Of a DNA stretch of 64,000 bases, positions 10,032 through 18,744 are shown one piece after another. The translations under genes were made by a program, and so were the position numbers. How positions within the stretch are numbered: the first letter of the stretch is position 1; every line of letters begins with the position of its first letter. A model generated the notes under the pieces. It ran no database searches and was not told the origin of the DNA. It saw only the letters and a list, made by a program, of their open reading frames with translations. Origin of the DNA: Candidatus Heimdallarchaeota archaeon (lineage in GTDB: Archaea; Asgardarchaeota; Heimdallarchaeia; Heimdallarchaeales; Heimdallarchaeaceae); contig JAHLWR010000005.1 of assembly GCA_019057815.1 (NCBI GenBank), positions 96,001-160,000 on the forward strand, read 5' to 3'.

Positions 10032-11006
10032 TTATTCTTTTTTTATGCTTTCGTTGACTAGTTTTGCCAAGAAAGCGGTTAGCTGAATATTACCGGATGC
10101 TCCTTCCGAAATCCGAAAGTCTACCTCTGCAAGATATTCCATAATTTTAAGCTTTTTAGTATCGGAAATTGTTAGATTAGGTAGTTCTCTATAGATTTGA
10201 TAAGCAACATCACTACCAGATAATCCATACTCCAATATCAAATGTTGAAGAGCATCTCTTGCGGCATAGAAATCACCATTTACAGCACAATTTAACATGT
10301 TTCTAGTCTTTTCTGGGTCTGCATGACCAATTGTCCGCAATATAGTAGTCTTTTCAATAGATTTACCGGAAGCAGCAGTGGCTTGTAAAATATTAATCGC
10401 TTTTCGCAAATCACCTTCTGATATATAGAGAATTGTATCAATACCCTCTTTATCATAAGCTATTGTTTCAGAGTTACAGATATAATGAAGAAAATCAGAC
10501 ATGTTTTTATCTTTCAAAGGTTTAAATCTGAAAATAGCGCATCGAGACTGGATTGGCTCAATAATCTTACTGGAATAATTACAGATTAGCGCAAAACGAC
10601 TGGTTCTTACATATCGTTCCATTGTACGACGGAGAGCATGTTGTGCAGCGGTTGTTAAACTATCCGCTTCATCTAAACAGATTATTTTAAAGGGTGCGCC
10701 ACCAAAAGGTGAGGTTCTCGCAAATTCCTTGACTTTTGTACGTATAGTATCAATACCTCGATCATTTGATGCATTCAATTCCAGAAGATTACGAATCACA
10801 TTATTTTTTCCAAACAAATCATTAGCAAGTGCAAGGAGAGCTGTTGTTTTACCAGTCCCAGGAGGACCTGCCAAAAGTAGATGAGGGAGATTATTTCGTT
10901 GTACAAAACCTTTGAATCTTACAATTATATCTTTGTGTCCTTTGAGATTATCCAAAACTTTTGGTCTATATTTTTCAGTCCACATTACATCATAGCTTGC
11001 TGTCAT
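10032..11006 (-). CDS. rfcS: Replication factor C small subunit
   Basis: WTEKYRP, GPPGTGKTT, LNASNDRG, LDEADSL, IQSRC. Confidence 0.97.
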   Translation of the reverse strand: MTASYDVMWTEKYRPKVLDNLKGHKDIIVRFKGFVQRNNLPHLLLAGPPGTGKTTALLALANDLFGKNNVIRNLLELNASNDRGIDTIRTKVKEFARTSPFGGAPFKIICLDEADSLTTAAQHALRRTMERYVRTSRFALICNYSSKIIEPIQSRCAIFRFKPLKDKNMSDFLHYICNSETIAYDKEGIDTILYISEGDLRKAINILQATAASGKSIEKTTILRTIGHADPEKTRNMLNCAVNGDFYAARDALQHLILEYGLSGSDVAYQIYRELPNLTISDTKKLKIMEYLAEVDFRISEGASGNIQLTAFLAKLVNESIKKE

Positions 11007-11144
11007 TTTTTCACGTTCTCAAGTATAGTTTTGTCTATTTAAATATATTAGGTAAAAAATAAATCTAATTACAACAAATTCATCCAAAAAAAGTGGTGTT
11101 GAAATACTTTTAATAGAACATATACTAGAGTAAGCGGATTTACA

Positions 11145-12563
11145 ATGAACAATCAAGATATTATTGAGAACAACAATAATTTGAACTTCCAAACGTTAAA
11201 TGAATACAAAATTAGAGGACACTTTGTCTCCATATATCGAACAAATGAAGGTCTATCTTATTCAGCGAAGCCTATCTATAATTTTGAAGAAAAACCGCTA
11301 TTGTTCGCAGAATTATCAGCAATTATTTTTAAGAACAAAGCAAGATTAGGGAACGAAATATTAAAATTTGAAGAACTTGTAGATACGCTGAAGTCCATAT
11401 GTATGTGGAAAATATTGGATATAAATGAAATCTCAATTAATCCTGAAATAGTCGCTGAAATTTTTATTTATAAGTTAATAAAACTGAATAAGTTAATTCC
11501 TTTATTTTTGGATGATAATGTTAATGAAATTTATATGGATGAACGTGGTTCACCAATTTATATTGATCATCAACTTTTCGGAAGATGCAACACAAACATT
11601 ATTTTGACTGAAGAAGAATTAAATGCCTTGGTAACAAGAATTAAACTAGAGCATCCTATTTCAATAACAACAAAGAATCCTTCTTTAAAAGTTGAATTTC
11701 AAACAAGTTTATTTCACACGAGAATTTCTATGGATTTTCCACCCTTATCTCCTAATGGCCCATCATTTAACATCAGAAAACTAAAAGCAAGACCCTTAGA
11801 GTTAAGTGATTTAATTCTTCTGGACACCTTGCCGTCGTACCTTGCATCATATCTGGTTGAAGTGGTAAAAGCAAGAATGAATATTACAGTTATAGGGGAG
11901 CCAAACTCGGGAAAAACCACATTAGCGAACGCTATTGATCTTTATACACCAAAATATTGGAGAAAAATAGCTATAGAAGATGCAATTGAATCAATAAAAC
12001 AATCTTCGTTGGGATATAAGCAGCTTTCCATACAAGTTGACTCTTTTGAATCAAATAAATCAGATTATACAAAAACATCTGAAATCCTTAAACTTCTCCA
12101 TAGATCACCAGATTGGATATATTTAGGTGAAATACAATCACGTGAGCACACTCAAGCAATGTTCGAGGCGTTAAATGCAGGATTAAAGGGAATACAGACC
12201 GCCCACTCTGATTCTATTCAAAAACTCTTCCGCAGATGGAAAAATTCACACAATATCTCTGAAACAGATTTTCTCTCATTAGAGGTCATAATTGTTATGA
12301 AGCGCGATATAAAACTTGATGGTATAATTAGAAAGGTTTCTGAGGTTTATGAAATTGGGGAAAATGAAGAACATCTTTTTACAAAAATTTATGATTTACA
12401 GTGGGGTAAAAAACAATTTTTTGAAAAAATCAGTAATCAATCTAAGTTAAAACAAAAGATGGATATAATAATTCAGGGAACAGCCGTTTTTGTTTCTCAA
12501 ACTCATGTGCGTGCTGCTAAAAATGATGTAAACATAGGTGAAGAAGCTGAAATCGTTAACTAA
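11145..12563 (+). CDS. VirB11/CpaF/FlaI-family type IV pilus/secretion ATPase
   Basis: FNIRK, Walker A GEPNSGKTT, AIED Asp box, PDWIYLGEI, TAH His box. Confidence 0.88.
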   Translation: MNNQDIIENNNNLNFQTLNEYKIRGHFVSIYRTNEGLSYSAKPIYNFEEKPLLFAELSAIIFKNKARLGNEILKFEELVDTLKSICMWKILDINEISINPEIVAEIFIYKLIKLNKLIPLFLDDNVNEIYMDERGSPIYIDHQLFGRCNTNIILTEEELNALVTRIKLEHPISITTKNPSLKVEFQTSLFHTRISMDFPPLSPNGPSFNIRKLKARPLELSDLILLDTLPSYLASYLVEVVKARMNITVIGEPNSGKTTLANAIDLYTPKYWRKIAIEDAIESIKQSSLGYKQLSIQVDSFESNKSDYTKTSEILKLLHRSPDWIYLGEIQSREHTQAMFEALNAGLKGIQTAHSDSIQKLFRRWKNSHNISETDFLSLEVIIVMKRDIKLDGIIRKVSEVYEIGENEEHLFTKIYDLQWGKKQFFEKISNQSKLKQKMDIIIQGTAVFVSQTHVRAAKNDVNIGEEAEIVN

Positions 12564-13359
12564 AACACTTCAAAAAGCAAAACTTTCTAACACTAGTTTC
12601 ATTCCAAAAGAATTATTGCATAGACTAATACTAGGAAAAATAAGAGAACATTCTTCATATTTTATCACTCAACATGATTTAAGAAGCATCAATCTTATTG
12701 GGAATGTAGCTTTAATTTGGAGCATTCCACTCTTTATTCTCTTTTATTACTTGACTAATCGAAACATCATAATAGCTGTAGTATTAAGCGTGGCAATGAT
12801 TATTGCCTTTTTGTTTGTGTCTGGGGATCATGTTCGCTCCAAAATTCTAATAAGGCGTCAAGAATTTGATGAGATTGCATTTCTTATAATAAACTCATTA
12901 TCTATTAACATGCTCTCCACACAGTCATTTCCAATGTCTGTCGAACTTCTAACTAACGATAATATTAACAATGAACATTATCAAAAATATTTCCAAGAAA
13001 TACTTTACAAATCAAATTTAGGCGAAAATGAAGACACAATTATACAAGATGGGGGGAAGATGTTTCTTAGTGATAGATATAGACATATTTTTCAAAACAT
13101 CAAACGTGAAAGGACATTTATTGACAGTGACCCTGAATTCCTTTTGAGAGTTAAAAGACAAGCAGCTTTAATAGAAGACAATATAGTTATTTTTATTGCA
13201 GTTACATGTCTTTTACCTTTGGTTCTTAGTTTGGTTCTAGCTTTAATTATGCCACAAGATTCGCTTAGTATACTTTTATTACCCTTGATTTATGCCTTAT
13301 TTGGGTCGTATATCTTGCGTTATATTCAAAATAAAAATTTTGGTGTACAAAATGGTTAA
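12538..13359 (+). CDS. Membrane platform protein (TadB/FlaJ-like)
   Basis: About 4 TM segments; overlaps the ATPase gene. Confidence 0.6.
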   Translation: MKKLKSLTKTLQKAKLSNTSFIPKELLHRLILGKIREHSSYFITQHDLRSINLIGNVALIWSIPLFILFYYLTNRNIIIAVVLSVAMIIAFLFVSGDHVRSKILIRRQEFDEIAFLIINSLSINMLSTQSFPMSVELLTNDNINNEHYQKYFQEILYKSNLGENEDTIIQDGGKMFLSDRYRHIFQNIKRERTFIDSDPEFLLRVKRQAALIEDNIVIFIAVTCLLPLVLSLVLALIMPQDSLSILLLPLIYALFGSYILRYIQNKNFGVQNG

Positions 13360-13969
13360 GCTTAAGTGTACAGACCATATTTTTCTAGTAAAATTAGCAA
13401 ATCAGATAGAAACAGGGGAAAATATTGAACGCTCTTTATTTCTTATTGATGAAATCCCTCCAGAATTGCACATGAAACTATATCTTGGAGAAGATATAAC
13501 AGAAATACTAACATCTATAGAATTTAATTATCCAAATATTTTAAACCTTCTTTCTTCAACAAAAAATGCGGAAGTGGAAGAGAACGTCAAAAGAATGAGA
13601 ACTACTGCAGAATTAATAAGAAAACGCGAAGAAATTTTACAGGAAAAGGAAAATGCAATTAACATTCAAAAAAGAAGATTAAAAATTATAAGATATGTAA
13701 CATTAATAACCATTGCAATAATAGCAGGATTTTCACCCCTTTTCACTAATATCTATTCACTCATTGAAAATGGAGTGTTTCAAAGCACGTTTACATTTTT
13801 TTCTGTCCTTTCTATCTCATTTTTGCTTGTTAATATATTGAATAATTATTTCTTGTTAAAGATGGTTAATGAGAGAAATATGAAATTCAAACTAGGAATT
13901 GTTGTAATCCTGCATATTGGAATTGTAATAATTGTAAATCTATTTCTTTCTAACTATGTTCTCAGATGA
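13352..13969 (+). CDS. Membrane platform protein (TadC-like; start likely 13352)
   Basis: LANQIETGENIE helix followed by 3 TM segments; operon context. Confidence 0.55.
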   Translation: MVKLKCTDHIFLVKLANQIETGENIERSLFLIDEIPPELHMKLYLGEDITEILTSIEFNYPNILNLLSSTKNAEVEENVKRMRTTAELIRKREEILQEKENAINIQKRRLKIIRYVTLITIAIIAGFSPLFTNIYSLIENGVFQSTFTFFSVLSISFLLVNILNNYFLLKMVNERNMKFKLGIVVILHIGIVIIVNLFLSNYVLR

Positions 13970-14007
13970 CATAATGTGGTTTTCAGTGTCGAAAATACAT
14001 TGAAAAA

Positions 14008-15039
14008 TTAACTGAAATTTGAAGAAATCTGGTTACTAATCTCAGTTACTATATCATTATAGTCATACCTGAAGATGAATTCAGCGTGATCTCTAATTGT
14101 AAACTCTGCTACATTCGTCGCGTGGGCAACAAGTTTTTGAGTTAGGGCTGAAGAACGACCAATTTTTTTAGCTAAAAGCTTATCCGCAACATAAACCGAA
14201 GCTGCAGAAAGCGGATATGGTCTTCTACCCCCACGATCAGAGTTAGGAATTCTCTCAAAAATACGTAAACAAAGAAGTTGAAGTAATTTTTCATATACAA
14301 AAACATCAATAACGTATTTTTTTTCAATTCTTTCTTTTGTGGTAGAATCATTACTAACTAGGGAACAAACACGGAAAACATATTCTTCGCTTCTTCGAAT
14401 ACCAGCTAGAGGGGATTTTATGTCAAGTTTTTGCATTAAATTCAATAAATTCTTTCCTAAAACCCGATGGCCCAGTTCGCTGTAAGTTCCTACAATCTCC
14501 TTAAGCGTCAAAGGACAATTATGCTTATTCTCTCGAACAGCAAGCAACAAACACAATGCAGATAACAAAACATGATTTGTGATTTTATCCTTGTGCTCTT
14601 TTTTATGTTTCCGATACAAGTAGAGAGTTCTGTCGCGTATATTACTAGGTATATGTAAACGAGAAAAAACCTCGTTCATAATTTTAAGTGTTCTATAATC
14701 TGTTTCTCTTCCCTTTATTGCACCAGGAATGTGATAGAAATTCTTGAATTTTCTGAACTTGCCTTGGCTATGTTCACCTATTAGCGAACCTTGAGCATCC
14801 CTAAATAAGTACTCCTCCACCGCACCAATGGAAGAACCTAATGAGCTTACAACTGCCAATTGATTATTAATCGAAGTGTACTGTTGTTTTTTACGTTGGT
14901 CCTTGGAAACAATTGCGCCTAATTGAAAAGAAGAAGATTTTATAACAGGCTCATGAACAAGACCGCAACTTGGACATGTATATAATCCATTTTGTTCAAT
15001 GATTCTAGAATTACATTCATCGCATTGATAGTCTACCAT
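14008..15039 (-). CDS. tfb: Transcription initiation factor IIB family protein, copy 1 (start likely 15039)
   Basis: CDEC...CPSCGLV zinc ribbon; cyclin repeats ending LTQKLVA...VAEFTIR. Confidence 0.85.
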   Translation of the reverse strand: MVDYQCDECNSRIIEQNGLYTCPSCGLVHEPVIKSSSFQLGAIVSKDQRKKQQYTSINNQLAVVSSLGSSIGAVEEYLFRDAQGSLIGEHSQGKFRKFKNFYHIPGAIKGRETDYRTLKIMNEVFSRLHIPSNIRDRTLYLYRKHKKEHKDKITNHVLLSALCLLLAVRENKHNCPLTLKEIVGTYSELGHRVLGKNLLNLMQKLDIKSPLAGIRRSEEYVFRVCSLVSNDSTTKERIEKKYVIDVFVYEKLLQLLCLRIFERIPNSDRGGRRPYPLSAASVYVADKLLAKKIGRSSALTQKLVAHATNVAEFTIRDHAEFIFRYDYNDIVTEISNQISSNFS

Positions 15040-15320
15040 TTTCCTCAAAAAAACAGCTCTTACAAAACTCTTGAACATTTTTTAGACGAGAATAGAGATT
15101 CAAGTATGTTTAGAGACATTGAAAATTATTCAAAGTGCGTTCTCTGTGACAAAAAAAACAACAAGAGGGGGGTGAGTGAAAGTATTTTATCCAACATAAA
15201 AAGTAAAAAAGATATAATGCAATTGCTGAAACCAAACAAAAAATATTGAAAAATCACGAATAATTTTCTAACAGCTCTCTCAACGTTTATGTTACCTCAC
15301 TTTAAATTCAGCTTTAGTAA

Positions 15321-16883
15321 TCAAATATACGAAGTTAACAACTCTTCTAAGCTTGTGAAATTGTTAACTTTACATTCTTCAATTGTCTTGCAGAATTTGG
15401 GCGCAGCGGTGAAATCCCCACTTCTATGAGCAGCAAAATACATCATACCTTTAATAAACAACCTTTGCTCTAAAACTTCGATCGTATCCAAGTTATCACT
15501 GTAAGGTTTCAAGAGTTTGTTCATCTCATCGAAGCGTCCCATCTCATAATACTGTTGAGCAAGTAAAAGATTAACAAATGATTGTTCTACGAAAGTATCG
15601 TCATTAGGGGCTCTTCTTTTCCACAGGGTAACGATGCAGTTTCTTAAAAGTTCAAATGTTTTTAAATCTACATCTGTTCGTGTTTTTTCCACCATAAATG
15701 AAGTAACGTGCTTTACTCTTTTTAGACTTACATTATCCTTCTTTTGTAACTCTAATAGTTGTTTATAGGACAATTGAGCATTCAAGAGAAATTCGCTCAA
15801 CATGATAGCATCGCTGTAATTTATCTGCGTACCAGAATAAATGTTTTCAATTAAATCGCTAGATTCTTCAAAGTTGAAATCCTTTTTCCTTGTCTGAACA
15901 TAGAATTTTGTCAGATTAAAAGTATGAACAATTTGACGTTTACTAACTCGGTCTAAGTTTTCTTGAATGAACTCATCCTGTAGCAATTTTTCTGTTTCCT
16001 CAACTGATTGGGTAGCTTGATCTAGTTTTCCTTGAAGAGCATAAATTGCTGAAAGATAGGAAAGAGTTGTAAGGTAATAACCAAAATATATGCTACTCTT
16101 ATATGATTCTTTCAGTATTTTTCGCGATTTCTCAAAGTGTGTTTCAGCATTTGTTAAACTGTATTGTAACACATGTCCTAATCCTGCTAAGTAGTAAGTA
16201 AATGCTTGAACATCTTTAGATAGTTGCTCAAAAACGCTTTTATTCCCTAATAACCCTTTAGACGTTTCTAGCACTTTTTCACTGTTTTGTGTTCGTTGAT
16301 AAATTATTAATAATATTCCCAAGGCTTGAACCAAACTTCTATAAAATCCATTTTGGAAGAAGTAGTCTGCACACTCTTCTAGAATATCGGCACTTTTTGT
16401 GTCACGTTCTTCTAACCATTTCTCGACTGCATATGAATAAAGTATAAAATAATGTATATATCTATCACAATCTGTTAATTGGTTTAAAATTTCAAGGGAC
16501 TTATCCATAGCTTTTGCGCTTTTTTTCTCGTTTCCCTTAACTTTTTCAATATACCAAACATACGAATGAGCCCAAGCTATACCCTCTTGATAGTTAATTT
16601 CATTTGAAATAATTAACATTTCCTTAATTAATTGAGGAGCAAGTGGAAGCTTTTCTTTAAAATTGTATATAATAGGTATTTTGTAACCATAGAGATTTAC
16701 TAATGCTTTTTTGTCATCTAACAATCTACAGTTCTCTATGGTTTTATCAATTAGTTTTGAAACACCAAGAGATTTTTCATTAGATGCAAGTAATTGTAAA
16801 TCTCTAACAGCTGACCAAAGATCCTCACTGTTTTCTATCTCCTCTATCTGTTTTTCCATGTCTTCAAGTGACAAATAAACCAC
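15321..16883 (-). CDS. TPR-like alpha-solenoid protein
   Basis: Repeated helical hairpins (YYLAGLGHV...AETHFEKS; LSAIYALQGKLDQA; LLAQQYYEMGRFDE). Confidence 0.75.
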   Translation of the reverse strand: MVYLSLEDMEKQIEEIENSEDLWSAVRDLQLLASNEKSLGVSKLIDKTIENCRLLDDKKALVNLYGYKIPIIYNFKEKLPLAPQLIKEMLIISNEINYQEGIAWAHSYVWYIEKVKGNEKKSAKAMDKSLEILNQLTDCDRYIHYFILYSYAVEKWLEERDTKSADILEECADYFFQNGFYRSLVQALGILLIIYQRTQNSEKVLETSKGLLGNKSVFEQLSKDVQAFTYYLAGLGHVLQYSLTNAETHFEKSRKILKESYKSSIYFGYYLTTLSYLSAIYALQGKLDQATQSVEETEKLLQDEFIQENLDRVSKRQIVHTFNLTKFYVQTRKKDFNFEESSDLIENIYSGTQINYSDAIMLSEFLLNAQLSYKQLLELQKKDNVSLKRVKHVTSFMVEKTRTDVDLKTFELLRNCIVTLWKRRAPNDDTFVEQSFVNLLLAQQYYEMGRFDEMNKLLKPYSDNLDTIEVLEQRLFIKGMMYFAAHRSGDFTAAPKFCKTIEECKVNNFTSLEELLTSYI

Positions 16884-16912
16884 CTAACTCAATTATACTC
16901 AGTGAAATAGTC

Positions 16913-16951
16913 TTTATAAACCGTTGTTCTTAGATTGCAGTTAGATTGCAG
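16913..16951 (-). promoter_or_regulatory. TATA box (TTTATAAA) of the TPR gene with an upstream 2x11-bp tandem repeat
   Basis: TTAGATTGCAG at 16930-16940 and 16941-16951; TTTATAAA at 16913-16920, about 30 nt before the GTG start. Confidence 0.55.
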
Positions 16952-17024
16952 TTTTGATATTAGCACACCTCTAATTTTACATTAATTTTACAAAAAAAAG
17001 AAAAGAAAAATGCTTCCTCAAGGG

Positions 17025-17087
17025 CTAAGGTTGCCAAATTGGAGGCATAATATCTTGATCTCCTGGTTCGCTAGGGTCGTACATCAT
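17025..17087 (-). CDS. 20-aa peptide MMYDPSEPGDQDIMPPIWQP
   Basis: ATG...TAG frame, GC-rich relative to its flanks, preceded by SD-like AGTGAT and followed by a T-tract. Confidence 0.55.
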   Translation of the reverse strand: MMYDPSEPGDQDIMPPIWQP

Positions 17088-17243
17088 ACATCACTTTTAA
17101 TTGTGTTAATCTGATTATGAGCAAAAAAGATTAAAGAACAACAGAAAAAAAGTGACATAAACCCAAAAACGACACTAGAGATATAAACTCTATCTTAATC
17201 ACAACTCTAGAACTATTAAACCGTTTCATATAATCTAAATTTC

Positions 17244-18574
17244 ATGAGGTGTTTCTTTGTACATTATTATGCTGGTTTTTATAGTGAAAAAAAGAATAAG
17301 TGGATGATGAGTAAGAGAGGGAAGATGCAAGCTTTACAGGCTAATGTAATCGAAAAAACTATATCTCTCGTGATTGTACCAGGAATAGAAAAAAAACTGT
17401 TTTTGCGGAAAGTACAAGCGAAGATAGTAGAATTTGCTAACATTCTTCTGACCTATAAGCAAAAAACACAGACTTATAATCTTTTTCACCATCTAGTCTA
17501 TAATAAACACAAGTATCTTGGTATACACAGCCAACTCCAAGAAGCGGTGCAAAGGAAAGTCTTTGCTGCTAGAAAAGCGTGAAAGTTTAAATCTTTACCC
17601 TTGGAATTCAACTTTCCCAGAAGTGGAAAATTAACTTTTTCTACTCGCGGAAAACCCATTTTGTGTCTATCACCATTTAAGAAACGTGTAGCTTTCCCCC
17701 TTAAAATCAACGGAGGATGGTATAGATTGACTGACCATCTTAAAGGTGGATGGGAAGCACATAGTTGCAAAGTCTGGAAGGTTAAAAAACAGTGGTGCGC
17801 TCATCTAATCATTCGCAAGAATCTCCCACCTACTCAAGAGGTGGAAGGAATCATCGGAGTAGATATAGGAGTGAAAATTCTGGCTTCAGTAACACTTAAT
17901 CACTCTTCTTTCCCTCTGATGGAACAATATCTTAGGAAGGATCTGGCTTGGAAACAACACCAGTTCCTTAAAAGGAGAGCAAAACTTCAAAAATTTGCTT
18001 CTCACGGCAGTCTTCAAGCACGGCGTGCGTTGAAAAGGTTAAGAACACAAGAACGAAAGTATGTTTACACCCGTTGTGGGCAAATAGCCCGAGAAATAGT
18101 TAATTCAGCTGTAACTACCCGTTCAGCTATAGTCCTTGAACGTGTCACTCATATCCGGAAAAGGTGGACGCGTCAAGCAAGTAAAGGAAAACAAGGAGCG
18201 CAAAAGAGTAGGAAGAAGATTAACCGCTGGTTTTTTGCCACTTTTCAATATCTCCTTCTACGTGCAGCACAGTTAGAAGGTATTACTGTTATACACGTTA
18301 ACCCCCGTTATACCAGTCAAACTTGCTCTCGTTGTGCGAGAAGAATAAACACTTCTCGCCCCCACAAGGAACCTTTTTGTCTGTGGTAACTGCGGTTTAG
18401 TACTACACGCTGACCGTAACGCTTCGCGTAATTTAGCTGTTAAAGGTTTATTTTTCTTTCCTCTCCCCCTCTTTAGTTCTTGGTTTTCCTTTCTCTCTTC
18501 CCCGAACGAGCGGAGAACGCTTTCTCCAGTTTCTTCGGTTGAGGTGTTATCGACCATCTCATCTGGCTCAATGA
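17244..18574 (+). pseudogene. tnpB: IS200/IS605-type TnpB with an in-frame TGA (17580-17582) and a frameshift in the C-run near 18360
   Basis: IGVDIG, IVLE, PRYTSQTCSRC; the shifted frame gives FVCGNCGLVLHADRNASRNLA. Confidence 0.85.
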
Positions 18575-18744
18575 GCGGCTCACCCCCCGAAGGTTGACTC
18601 GAGAGCAAGATTTTTGTATAACTATACAATAATCAAGTTGATGAAGTAAAATAAGCATAGATGTAGTTTTGAAAGTAACAAAAAAGAAGATAATAATATG
18701 AAAAACGTTTAGTTTTTAATATTTAGTGTATATAAAAAATTGAA

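Noticed and set aside
17580-17582. TGA in tnpB as selenocysteine or read-through
   Set aside because: Not a Cys position, no SECIS seen, and a second lesion indicates decay
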